In this document: piece after piece, positions 18,889 through 28,053 of the stretch
How the letters are laid out: every line of letters starts with the position of its first letter
How positions within the stretch are numbered: the first letter of the stretch is position 1
Source of the DNA: an uncultured delta proteobacterium
GTDB taxonomy: Bacteria > Myxococcota_A > Polyangia > Palsa-1104
DNA: 64,000 nt
Assembly (NCBI GenBank): GCA_963785725.1
Contig: CAWAWS010000003.1
Location: 256,001 to 320,000, forward strand
Reading direction: 5' to 3'
The notes under the pieces: generated by a model
Database searches by the model: none
What the model saw: the letters and a program-made list of their open reading frames with translations, nothing else
What the model was told of the DNA's origin: nothing
Position numbers and translations under genes: made by a program

Positions 18889-20262
18889 ATGTCTACGGTC
18901 TTCGACGCCCTCGTCATCGGCACCGGTCAGTCGGGCCCATCGCTCGCGGTGCGGCTCGCCAACGCCGGTAAACGCGTCGCCATCGTCGAGCGCAGCCGCT
19001 TCGGCGGCACCTGCGTCAACAACGGCTGCATTCCGACGAAGACGCTCATCGCCAGCGCCCGCGCCGCCTGGGTCGCGCGCCGCGCCGGCGAATTCGGCGT
19101 GCACGTCGGCGGCGAGGTCCGCGTCGACATGAAGGCCGTCAAAGCGCGCAAAGACCGCCTCGTCGCCGAATCCTCGACGAGCGTCGAGGCGTGGCTGCGC
19201 GAAACCAAAGGCCTGACGGTCATCAAAGGCCAGGCGCGCTTCACCGCGCCGCACACGATCGTCGTCGGCGACGAAACCATCGAGGCCAAACAGATCTTCA
19301 TCAATGTCGGTGGTCGCCCAGTCGTCCCCGAGGTCCCCGGTATCCACGACGTTCCTTATTTGACGAGCTCGAGCATGATGGACGTGGACTTCTTGCCCGA
19401 GCATCTCGTCATCGTCGGCGGCAGCTACATCGGCCTCGAGTTCGCGCAGATGTATCGTCGCTTCGGCAGCCGCGTCACGGTCCTCGAATCGGGTCCGCGC
19501 ATCATCTCGCGCGATGACGACGACGTCGGGCAGGCGATCGAGGAGATATTGGCGGCCGAAGGCGTCGACATTCGCACCGGCGCCGGCGCGCTGAAACGCG
19601 TCGCGCGCGACAACGACGGCATCCGCGTCGAGATGAGCGACGGGACGACGATCAGCGGCTCGCACCTGCTCATCGCCGTCGGCCGCCGCCCCAACACCGA
19701 CGATTTGGGCCTCGATCGCGCCGGAATCGTCACCAACAAGCGCGGCTACATCCAAGTAGACGACGAGCTCCGCACCAACGTCGCCGACATTTGGGCCATT
19801 GGCGACTGCAATGGACACGGCGCCTTTACGCACACGTCTTATAACGACTTCGAAATCGTCGCCGCCAATCTGCTCGACAACGATCCGCGCCGCTTGAGCG
19901 ATCGCATCCTCGCGTACGGGCTCTTCATCGATCCGCCGCTCGGCCGCTGCGGAATGACCGAGCGTGAGGTGCGCGCGACGGGCAAGAAGGCGCTCGTCGG
20001 GCGCATGGCGATGACGCGCATCGGCCGCGCGCGCGAACGCAGCGAGACGCAGGGCTTCATGAAGATCCTCGTCGACGCCGAGAGCAAACGCATCTTGGGC
20101 GCGGCCATTCTCGGCATCGGCGGCGACGAGGTCATTCACGTGCTGCTCGACGTCATGTATGCGCGGGCGCCGTATACGTTGGTGCAGCGCGCGATGCATA
20201 TTCATCCGACCGTCTCCGAATATCTGCCGACGGTGCTCGGCGAGCTGCAGCCGCTCGAGTGA
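18889..20262 (+). CDS. FAD-dependent pyridine nucleotide-disulfide oxidoreductase (mercuric reductase/RclA-like)
   Basis: IGTGQSG, GGTCVNNGCIPTK, GGSYIGLE, WAIGDC, HIHPTVSE; no C-terminal Cys pair. Confidence 0.92.
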   Translation: MSTVFDALVIGTGQSGPSLAVRLANAGKRVAIVERSRFGGTCVNNGCIPTKTLIASARAAWVARRAGEFGVHVGGEVRVDMKAVKARKDRLVAESSTSVEAWLRETKGLTVIKGQARFTAPHTIVVGDETIEAKQIFINVGGRPVVPEVPGIHDVPYLTSSSMMDVDFLPEHLVIVGGSYIGLEFAQMYRRFGSRVTVLESGPRIISRDDDDVGQAIEEILAAEGVDIRTGAGALKRVARDNDGIRVEMSDGTTISGSHLLIAVGRRPNTDDLGLDRAGIVTNKRGYIQVDDELRTNVADIWAIGDCNGHGAFTHTSYNDFEIVAANLLDNDPRRLSDRILAYGLFIDPPLGRCGMTEREVRATGKKALVGRMAMTRIGRARERSETQGFMKILVDAESKRILGAAILGIGGDEVIHVLLDVMYARAPYTLVQRAMHIHPTVSEYLPTVLGELQPLE

Positions 20263-20503
20263 CGAAGCAGCTCAGCGCGTGTAAGGCCGCGATAGGTGTC
20301 GCTTCTATGATCCGCTGACGTCGCCGCGTCATCCCCGCCGAGGCCATCTGCCCCGTCGCCGTCGCCGTGTGCCCCGGGGATCGACTCCACAGCCGATCGC
20401 CAACGACAGGTTGCGTCGCCGGCATTTTCGCTTCAATTGCGCCGCTTAGCGGTGTCGCGGCGGCCGCGTGCCGACAGGCTTCGGGCTTGCAATATTGCCG
20501 CGC

Positions 20504-21517
20504 ATGCGGACGTTCGTGCTCTTGAGTTGCATGCTCGCAATGGGCTGCAGCGGCAGCGGAACGGCGACCCGAGACGCCGGCGGCGGCCAAACGACGACGC
20601 CGGGCGGCGGCATGACGCCGGTGCAGTGCACGCACTTCGTCGAAGCGGGCGCCATCGTCGTGGCCGGCGGCATCGCGCACGCCGACGGCACCCGCGAAGC
20701 GGTGCCGCCTTGCAACGGCGTCGACGGCGGCGTCGCCGACATGTCGTCGCCGCAACTGGATTTGGCGGTGCCGCTCGATCTGACCACGCCGATCGCCGAT
20801 TTGGCGACGCCGCCGTCGTCGCCCGATCTCGGCGGCCCGACGCCGCCCGGCGCGCCGACCGACATGGCCTCGACGGCGATGAGCCCCGGCGTCGGCGGCT
20901 GGACCGAATGGACGAACCTGTTGACGCCGAATGGCGCCAGCTTCCTCGAGGTCCGCTTCACGGTTCCGCCGGTGCCGAAGACGGCCAGTCAGCAGACGAT
21001 CTTCTTATTCCCCAGCTTCACCGCCGATACCAATCCGCCGATCATTCAGCCGGTGTTGCAGTGGGGACCGAGCGCGGCCGGCGGCGGGAAATATTGGTCC
21101 ATCGCCAGCTGGTATCTCGACGCCAACGCCAACTCTTATTACGGCAAGCTCGTGAAAGTGAACGCCGGCGACGTCATCGACGGCAAAATCGCCGGCACCA
21201 GCTGCGCCAACGCCATCTGCGCCAGCTGGACGATCACGACGACCGACATCACGCAGCCGACGCTGGTCAGCACGCTCACGACGGCCGCCGGCGGTTACGC
21301 GTACACGCAGGCGCAAGGCGGCGTGCTCGAGGTCTACAGCGTCTCGACCTGCGCCGAATATCCCGCCGGCCCGACGAGCTTCACGGACCTCGTGCTCGAC
21401 GATGAGAGCGGCGCCGCCGTGACGCCGCAGTGGATTCAGGGCACGGCGAACCTGATCTCCTCGTGCACCTACGCCATCACGACGCCGAGCAGCTCCGAAA
21501 TCGACCTCGCTTACTGA
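20504..21517 (+). CDS. Lipoprotein with C-terminal peptidase G1-like (glutamic peptidase) domain
   Basis: AMGC lipobox; acidic linker; FTVPPVP, IIQPVLQWG, SWY, VNAGDVI, VLEVY, FTDL. sigma54-like AGGC-N7-TTGCA at 20476-20491. Confidence 0.6.
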   Translation: MRTFVLLSCMLAMGCSGSGTATRDAGGGQTTTPGGGMTPVQCTHFVEAGAIVVAGGIAHADGTREAVPPCNGVDGGVADMSSPQLDLAVPLDLTTPIADLATPPSSPDLGGPTPPGAPTDMASTAMSPGVGGWTEWTNLLTPNGASFLEVRFTVPPVPKTASQQTIFLFPSFTADTNPPIIQPVLQWGPSAAGGGKYWSIASWYLDANANSYYGKLVKVNAGDVIDGKIAGTSCANAICASWTITTTDITQPTLVSTLTTAAGGYAYTQAQGGVLEVYSVSTCAEYPAGPTSFTDLVLDDESGAAVTPQWIQGTANLISSCTYAITTPSSSEIDLAY

Positions 21518-21619
21518 TTCCGGCAAACGCGAAACCCAAGCGGATTGCGCATACGGTGAACGCATTCGGCGCGCAGCCCGATTGCGCATTTCCGACGGCC
21601 GCGTAAGCTCATCTGCGCC

Positions 21620-22015
21620 ATGGCCGCCGTGCTCATCGAAGGGTTCAGCGCCGACGAGCTGCTGGCCTTTCCGCGCGAGCGCTTGCGCGAATTACTCGAC
21701 ATCGGTCGTCCCATCGTCTTTCGCGCCGGCTCGGCGACGGTGCTGGCCGAGGCGCACGTCGTCGCGCGCCGCCTCGTCATCGATCTCGCTCATATCGACG
21801 GCGGTGGAGAAGGCGTGCTGCCGACACTATGGCGCTTCGGTCAGGCCTATGCGCGCGCCGAGGAGCTCGCCGAAATCGAATGGCTCGTGCATGCCACGCG
21901 CTGCGCTAAGCCGAACCCGCGCCTGCCGAGCGTGCTCACGCGCATGGGCTTTCAGATCGAAGACCTTCCCGATCGCGGGCTCGTCTATCGCCGCCGGGAA
22001 ACCATCGCGCCGTAG
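21620..22015 (+). CDS. Hypothetical protein (possible GNAT-like fold)
   Basis: 131-aa ORF with genome-typical codons; HIDGGGEG...VLTRMGF. Confidence 0.6.
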   Translation: MAAVLIEGFSADELLAFPRERLRELLDIGRPIVFRAGSATVLAEAHVVARRLVIDLAHIDGGGEGVLPTLWRFGQAYARAEELAEIEWLVHATRCAKPNPRLPSVLTRMGFQIEDLPDRGLVYRRRETIAP

Positions 22016-22094
22016 TCATTCGATGTGCCCGCCGATGAATCACGACTCGCAGGTTACCGGCCGCCGTTCGCGTCTGCGCGATGACGTCGGCGTC

Positions 22095-23039
22095 ATGAGC
22101 GGCGGATGGCAGCGAATCTCGCGCTTCGTGCTCTTGGTTTGGCTGTGCATGTCCGGCTCCGCCGCGCGCGCGCAAGCGCAGGCCGCGCCGCTCGAGGTGC
22201 TCGTGCTCGGCTCGGGCGGACCGGGCGCGGCCGGCCGCGCCAGCTCGGCGTACCTCGTGTTCGTCGACGGCGTGGCGCACATCCTCGTCGACGCCGGCCC
22301 CGGATCGTTCGCGCGCCTCGGCGAGGCCAAGGCCTCGCTCGCCCACACCGACCTCGTGCTGCTCACGCATTTGCACATCGATCATAGCGGCGAGCTCCCC
22401 GGGCTATTCAAAGCGCGCGCCGTCGCCGGCTCCGATCCCATTACGTTCGATATATGGGGTCCCATGGGTTCGCCCAAGCATTTACAGGACGCTTATTTCC
22501 CGGCGACGAGCGAGCTCGTGCAATTGCTATTCGGGACGAAGGGCGCGTTCGCCTATCTGCGCGACTTCTCGGCGCCGATGACGCTGCACGCGCACGACAT
22601 CGTCGCGCCCGATGCGCACGCCGAGGCGCGCACCATCGTCGAGCACGACGGCTTGACGGTGCGCGCGATCGCCGGCCATCACGGCGACGCGCCGGCGGTC
22701 ATCTATCGCATCGAGCACGGCGGAAAGAGCGTCACGTTCTCGGGCGACATCGACGCCAAAGGGCTTCCCGCATTGCGCAGCCTGGCTAAAGGGACCGACC
22801 TATTGGTGTTCAATAGCGTCGTGCTCGATCCGCCGGGATCGCCGTCGATTCTGTACACATTACACACGCCGCCGCAGTCGATTGGTCAGCTGGCCAAAGA
22901 CGCGAACGCGCATAGTCTCTTGTTGAGCCATCTGACGCCGACGATTGACGACCATGTCGACGCCGTCACGAAGTCGATTCGACAGCGCTATACCGGTTCA
23001 CTGACGTTCGCCAAAGACGGGATGCGCGTTCGTCCTTAG
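22095..23039 (+). CDS. Secreted MBL-fold hydrolase (RNase Z/arylsulfatase-like)
   Basis: VLGSGGP, LVDAGPG, THLHIDH, FSGD, LHTPP, LLSHL; signal peptide. Confidence 0.88.
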   Translation: MSGGWQRISRFVLLVWLCMSGSAARAQAQAAPLEVLVLGSGGPGAAGRASSAYLVFVDGVAHILVDAGPGSFARLGEAKASLAHTDLVLLTHLHIDHSGELPGLFKARAVAGSDPITFDIWGPMGSPKHLQDAYFPATSELVQLLFGTKGAFAYLRDFSAPMTLHAHDIVAPDAHAEARTIVEHDGLTVRAIAGHHGDAPAVIYRIEHGGKSVTFSGDIDAKGLPALRSLAKGTDLLVFNSVVLDPPGSPSILYTLHTPPQSIGQLAKDANAHSLLLSHLTPTIDDHVDAVTKSIRQRYTGSLTFAKDGMRVRP

Positions 23040-23073
23040 TTGCGTGACGGCTCAGCGGCTCGGCATGCCGGCA

Positions 23074-24588
23074 TCAGCGACGGACGAGGCGGGCGAACAG
23101 CGCGCGCGGCGGGACCTCGGCGACACCGGCGAAGCGCGACTCCGCCGTCTCGACGATCGTGAAGTCGGCGCCGAAGAGCGGCTCGAGGTCGGCGACGTCG
23201 AGCGGCTGCGTGCCCCAGCGCGTGCCCTCTTCCGTCGCGTGCTGTTTGAGCAGCAGCTGGCCGCCCGCGACCACACGACGCGCCACTTCCGCCGCGTAGT
23301 GCGGCCACTGCGCCCGCGGCAGCGCGTGCAGACAGCCGCGATCGACGACGACGTCGAATTGCCCCCACAGCCGACTGGCGTTGATGTCGTCGAGCAGCCA
23401 GGCGATGGGCAGCGACTGCGCGCGCCGCTTGGCCAGCTGCAGCGCCGTCGCCGAGACGTCGCTGGCGACGACCTCGAAGCCGTGCTGCGCCGCGAAGATG
23501 GCGGTCGTGCCCGGGCCGGTGCCGAGGTCGAGCAGGCGGCGCGCGCCGTGCTGCGCCGCGCGCGTCAACGCCGCTGCCAAATCATCGTCGAGCGCTTCGG
23601 TGAACCAGGGCTGACGCTCGAGCGGCAGCGACGCATATTGCCGCTCCCATTGGTCGACGACATCGACGCGCTCCGGCGCCGCGCTCGACCACACCAGCTC
23701 GACGACCTTGGCGATCTCGCTCGCCGCGTGCGCCGCGCCGAAAATCGGCGTGCGCGCGTGCGGCGCCGTCGCCACTTCGACGCCGAAGCGCGGCTGCACG
23801 ACGAAGAAGCCGTCTTCGCGCAGGAGCGCCAGGTTGCGCTGCACGCTCGGCGCGCGATAGAGCGCGTCGTTCATCGAGGGCGCGAGGATGACCGGCGCAC
23901 GCGTGCTCACGACCGTCGCCGCCACGAGATCGTCGGTCGCGCCGCCGGCGATGCGCGCCAACGTCGCCGCGCTCGCGGGATAGACGACGACGAGCTCGGC
24001 CCACTGCGACAGCCGAATATGCGGCGCCGGCTGCGCCGCGGCTTCGTCGCTCGCGGCCCAAAAGCTCGACAGCACCGGCCGATGCGTAATCGCCGCCAAG
24101 CTCTCGGCGGTGACGAACTTGTGCGCCGACTCGGTCATGATGACGGCGACCTCGAACCCGCGCGCGATGAGCAGCCGCGCCAACGCCGGGACGTCGACGG
24201 CCGCGACGGCGCCGCTGACGGCGAGGACGACGCGCCCGCGCGGCTCGACGACGCTGGCGCGACGCGCGGTCGCGGCGGCCGCGGCGTTGACGAGCGCGCC
24301 GGCGGCGACGAGCACGTTGACGACGTCGACGAGCACCTCGTTCTCGACCGCGGCGTCGACGGCGCGCACGCGCTCGAGCAGCTGCGCCGGCGAATGCGGC
24401 GCCGCGAAAATATCGAGCACCAGCCGCACCAGGTCGGCCGAGCCATCGGTGAACGCCCGCGCGACACCGTCGCTGCCGATGACCGTGAGCGTGTCACGGC
24501 GATCGACGAGCACGGCGCCGTTGCTGCGAATCCAAGCAGTAACCAAATCGGCGGAAGCGGCTGACCCGACCGGGCCAGTGGTGCTCAT
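23074..24588 (-). CDS. RRE/PqqD-like domain + HFCD flavoprotein (LanD/EpiD-like) + SAM methyltransferase fusion
   Basis: N-terminal strands then helices ending LVAAGAL; VLAVSGAVAA, MTESAHKFV, PHIRLSQWAE, PASAATLARIAGG, PSMNDALY; then WERQY...PW, LLDLGTGPG, DVVVDRGCLHAL. ATG overlaps the upstream TGA. Confidence 0.85.
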   Translation of the reverse strand: MSTTGPVGSAASADLVTAWIRSNGAVLVDRRDTLTVIGSDGVARAFTDGSADLVRLVLDIFAAPHSPAQLLERVRAVDAAVENEVLVDVVNVLVAAGALVNAAAAATARRASVVEPRGRVVLAVSGAVAAVDVPALARLLIARGFEVAVIMTESAHKFVTAESLAAITHRPVLSSFWAASDEAAAQPAPHIRLSQWAELVVVYPASAATLARIAGGATDDLVAATVVSTRAPVILAPSMNDALYRAPSVQRNLALLREDGFFVVQPRFGVEVATAPHARTPIFGAAHAASEIAKVVELVWSSAAPERVDVVDQWERQYASLPLERQPWFTEALDDDLAAALTRAAQHGARRLLDLGTGPGTTAIFAAQHGFEVVASDVSATALQLAKRRAQSLPIAWLLDDINASRLWGQFDVVVDRGCLHALPRAQWPHYAAEVARRVVAGGQLLLKQHATEEGTRWGTQPLDVADLEPLFGADFTIVETAESRFAGVAEVPPRALFARLVRR

Positions 24589-24872
24589 CAGGCTAATACT
24601 TCGAAGTCGCAGCCGCTGGGGCAATCGGCCTGCGAGCAGGCGAAGGTCGGGCACGTCTTGCCCGAGCCGTTGGTGGCGAAGCAGGTGCCGGCCAAGGCTT
24701 GGTCGCCCATATCGTCAATGACGGGGCAGGTGCCGGCGAGATCGGCGGTCGTCGTGGGCGAGCCGTCGTTGCTGCTCGTCTTCATGCCGCCGCCACACGA
24801 GAGAAAGCCGGCCATCGCCAATGGAATCGACTTGAAGATCAGCTTGCGCGGGAAAGCATAAGAGCGCTTCAA
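24588..24872 (-). CDS. Small Cys-rich lipoprotein-like peptide (candidate substrate/precursor)
   Basis: GGGGG then TTG at 24872: MKRSYAFPRKLIFKSIPLAMAGFLSCGGG...LAGTCPVIDDMGDQALAGTCFATNGSGKTCPTFACSQADCPSGCDFEVLA; TGATG overlap with the next gene. Start is uncertain. Confidence 0.7.
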   Translation of the reverse strand: MKRSYAFPRKLIFKSIPLAMAGFLSCGGGMKTSSNDGSPTTTADLAGTCPVIDDMGDQALAGTCFATNGSGKTCPTFACSQADCPSGCDFEVLA

Positions 24873-25050
24873 AATGAACCCCCAATCAGTGTTGCCAATC
24901 GCAAGGTAACACAAAGCGCGCGGAATTCGCCGTTACACACGCGAACGACTGCCTCACAAATGAAACAGTCGCGCGAAAACGTTAGTGGGCTCGACATTTG
25001 CTCGATCATCGTCTCCAATGTCCGCCGAAGCCCACAAAAAGGGGGAGACC

Positions 25051-25356
25051 ATGAATGCACCGCATTGGTGGACGGCATCGCATCAGCAGTCGTGGGACAA
25101 GCTGAAGAGCGCCGTGGTCGACGAGTGGAGCAAGGTCGCGGACGCGGCGGGGAAGCTGGAGAAGTCGGTCGCCGAGCAGGCGCTCAAGTTTGGGCACGGG
25201 GCCAATGACGTCTACCGGAGCGCCGGCGTGTGGAGCAAAGAGGTCGAGGCCAAGCTGAAGGCCGACTGGGAAAAGACCCATCAAGACGCGGCGGTCACTT
25301 GGGACAAAGTGCGCGACGCGGTCAAGCACGGCTTCGAGAAGACCACTAAAGCTTGA
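25051..25356 (+). CDS. Small hypothetical Trp-rich helical protein
   Basis: GGAG RBS; WDKLKSAV...DWEK...WDKVRDAVKHGF internal repeat. Confidence 0.75.
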   Translation: MNAPHWWTASHQQSWDKLKSAVVDEWSKVADAAGKLEKSVAEQALKFGHGANDVYRSAGVWSKEVEAKLKADWEKTHQDAAVTWDKVRDAVKHGFEKTTKA

Positions 25357-25391
25357 TGTTCAGTCGTCCCCTTATGACAAGGAGAGTCCTC

Positions 25392-25628
25392 ATGAATAGC
25401 TTCCGCATTGCAGTGTCGGCCTGTCTCGTGTCGTTCGCGCTCACGGCTTCCGCCGGCGAGGCCAAGCAGAACCACCACTGCAAGATGGCCGATGGCACGA
25501 TGGACATGGCCAAGACCAAGCGCGAGTGCAAAGCAGCCAAGGGCACGTGGGCCAAGGATGCGGCTGGCGCTGGCGATGCCGCCGCGGCCAAGCCGGACGC
25601 CGCGACGCCGCCGCCGGCCGCGAAGTAA
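25392..25628 (+). CDS. Small secreted two-Cys protein
   Basis: AGGAG RBS; signal peptide ending ASA; NHHCK...KRECKAAKGTW. Confidence 0.7.
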   Translation: MNSFRIAVSACLVSFALTASAGEAKQNHHCKMADGTMDMAKTKRECKAAKGTWAKDAAGAGDAAAAKPDAATPPPAAK

Positions 25629-25760
25629 GCGTCCCGCACGTCGAGGGCCCGCGCGGCCCTCGGCGTCGCGTTCAATCTCATTCACACTAAAGATGGCGAT
25701 TGCAGTCGTGGCGCGGCCGCTTCATCGCGGCGCGCGCGGAAGGCTTACGTCTACTAAGGA

Positions 25761-27761
25761 TTACGGCTGGCCGTCGCCAAACACGCGGCCGCTGGGAATC
25801 GGCGCCGGCAAGCTGCGCGCGGGCACGTTCGCGGCCGGCGGCGCATTGACTTGCACTTGGCAGACGCCGCGCAGATATTCCGCCGTCACGGGTAGGTCGA
25901 TCGCTTCGGTCAGGCCGGTCAGCGGCGTCGGATTGGCGAACGCGGTGAAGCCGTCGCCGCCGGCGGTGATGTACGTCGTCGAGATGACGGTGATCGGCGT
26001 CGTCGTGTCGGTCGGATCGAGCGCAATCCACTGTCCGCCCGCGGTCTGCCCGGCGACCCCGCTCGTCGGATCGATCCACGGCGCGCCACTGAACAGCTCC
26101 ATCTTCGTAATCGTGATCTGATTGACGTCGGCATTGGGCGCGTAGTGATAGCGCAGCCCGGCGATCATCATGATCTTCGTGTACGGCTGGCCTTGCCACT
26201 GCTGTAACAAGATCTGCTTCAGCTGCGCCGGCGTCACCGTCACGGCGTCCACGACGTCGGCGAACGGCTGCACCGTCTCCAGCTTCTCGTACGTAATCTT
26301 GCCCGCCAGCGACAGCGGCTCACTGTCGGGATAGAGCCGCGCCGCCTGCACGCCGCCGCGAATTCCGCCGGCGTTCATGAGCGCGATCGTCGGCGCCGCC
26401 GCGGTCGCGCCCGTCCAATGCTGCTGCCCGTACCACAGCATGCCGTCGGCGACGACGTCGCCCATCGGCGACTGCCCGCTGACGGCGTCCGTCGACGGCG
26501 AGAGGTCGACATCGAGCGCGCCTTCGACCACGTCGGCGGTCGCGCGGGTCAGCTGCACATATTGGTTCACCAGCTGATTGACGGCGGGATCGGGCGTCCC
26601 GCGCGTCACCACGTGCTGCGTGGCCACTTTGTGCGTCGTCGTATTGTTATCGAGATCGACGGTCAAATCGAGCGCAGTAATGATGCGACCATAAGAGGCG
26701 GCGCTGGAGACCACTTTGCCGTTGATGACGCAGTTGTAAGCGCGGTGCGTGTGCGCGCTCAAGATGGCGTCGACGGCGGGATCCATGTTCATGGCCATCG
26801 TGTAGACGGGGCCGCTGGTGTCGTTGCATTCGTCGTAAGTCGTGTTGCCCGGCGGCGAGTCGCCTTGGTGCACGAGCACGATGATGGCCGCGGCGCCGGC
26901 CGCTTTGAGCTTGGGCACGAGCGCGTTGACGGTCTGCGTCTCGTCGAGGAAGTCGAGCCCGGCGACGTTCTTGGCGGTGACGATGGCGGGCGTGCCTTCG
27001 AGCGTCATGCCGACGAACGCGATCTTGACGCCGCCCACGGTCTCCATCGCCCACGGCGGGAAGATCGTGGCGCCGCCGTCGGCGAACTCGACGTTGGCGG
27101 CCAAATATTCGAAGCTGGCGCCGGGAAAGCCCATATCGGTGACGCAGCTGTTGGGATCGCCGCTGATGCAGCCGCCGTTCTGATAACGGTCGAGCTCGGT
27201 GAGGCCGTTGTCGAACTCGTGGTTGCCGACGGCGTTGAGCTTGAGGCCCATCAAGTTCCACACGAGCACCGACGGCTCGTTGTGAAACTGCTGCGCCAAC
27301 AGCGGCGACGCGCCCGTCAAATCGCCGGCCGATACGACGACGTTGTTCGGTACTTCGGCTTGCAGCTGCTTCAAGTGCGCGGCGATGTAAGCGGCGCCGC
27401 CGGCTTGCACCAACTGCACGCCGCCGTCGAGCGGCTGGCCCAAATCGCCGACCTCGGGATCGCTCGCTTGCGCGAGGACGCCACCGTTGAAGACGTCGGG
27501 CGGGCCGAGATGGCCGTGAAAGTCGTTGACGGCGAGGACGCGCACCGTCAGTTGATGCGGCGTCGGCGCGGCCAGATCGTCGCCGGCGGACGCGCTCAGA
27601 TCGGCGGGCACGGCCATGTCGGCGACGCCGCCGTTGCCACCGGTCGGCGCGGCTAAATCGTGCGCGGTCGGATGCCCCGGCGACGTCGTGTCATCGCCGC
27701 AGCCGGCGAGCAGGAATCCGCCGGCGAGCGCGGCGGCGAGGAGTCGTGAGCGAGTGAGCAT
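25761..27761 (-). CDS. Bifunctional metallophosphatase/5'-nucleotidase lipoprotein
   Basis: LAGC lipobox; NDFHGHL, SAGDLTGASP, VGNHEFD, VHQG, SAHTH, MNAGGIR, VQPF, GGDGF. Confidence 0.95.
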   Translation of the reverse strand: MLTRSRLLAAALAGGFLLAGCGDDTTSPGHPTAHDLAAPTGGNGGVADMAVPADLSASAGDDLAAPTPHQLTVRVLAVNDFHGHLGPPDVFNGGVLAQASDPEVGDLGQPLDGGVQLVQAGGAAYIAAHLKQLQAEVPNNVVVSAGDLTGASPLLAQQFHNEPSVLVWNLMGLKLNAVGNHEFDNGLTELDRYQNGGCISGDPNSCVTDMGFPGASFEYLAANVEFADGGATIFPPWAMETVGGVKIAFVGMTLEGTPAIVTAKNVAGLDFLDETQTVNALVPKLKAAGAAAIIVLVHQGDSPPGNTTYDECNDTSGPVYTMAMNMDPAVDAILSAHTHRAYNCVINGKVVSSAASYGRIITALDLTVDLDNNTTTHKVATQHVVTRGTPDPAVNQLVNQYVQLTRATADVVEGALDVDLSPSTDAVSGQSPMGDVVADGMLWYGQQHWTGATAAAPTIALMNAGGIRGGVQAARLYPDSEPLSLAGKITYEKLETVQPFADVVDAVTVTPAQLKQILLQQWQGQPYTKIMMIAGLRYHYAPNADVNQITITKMELFSGAPWIDPTSGVAGQTAGGQWIALDPTDTTTPITVISTTYITAGGDGFTAFANPTPLTGLTEAIDLPVTAEYLRGVCQVQVNAPPAANVPARSLPAPIPSGRVFGDGQP

Positions 27762-28053
27762 CGTGGGCGCACGCTAGTCGACATCGCGTGGCGGGCTCAT
27801 GACGCCTCGGGCAAATCGCGCTTACTTCGGGCGGTGCGACTGCGTGCCAATGGACGGCGGACGCAGCTGTGCGCGCAATGGCGGCTGGCGCGATGAGTTG
27901 TCGACTGCCATGACGTCATCACTCTCTATCCACGTGCAGGCGCCACTCGACGCGCACCGTTTTCACGCGGGCGCGGCCGCGCTACGAGCCGCAATCGCGG
28001 CGAAACCCGCTACCATAGAGGCGACTGGGCGCGCTCGTCCCGAGGTCGAACCG

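Noticed and set aside
18889..20262. merA / mercury resistance
   Set aside because: No N-terminal metal-binding domain, no C-terminal Cys-Cys pair, no mer genes nearby.
23074..24588. coaBC (CoA biosynthesis)
   Set aside because: No CoaB domain, no ACG clamp motif, and extra N-terminal and methyltransferase domains.
25392..25628. RiPP precursor for the HFCD fusion
   Set aside because: Opposite strand, separate unit, ordinary signal peptide, no C-terminal Cys.
25642..25662. Solo ISAzo13 end (AGGGCCCGCG)
   Set aside because: Match is only about 10 bp and is part of a GC hairpin after a stop codon; likelier a terminator-like stem.
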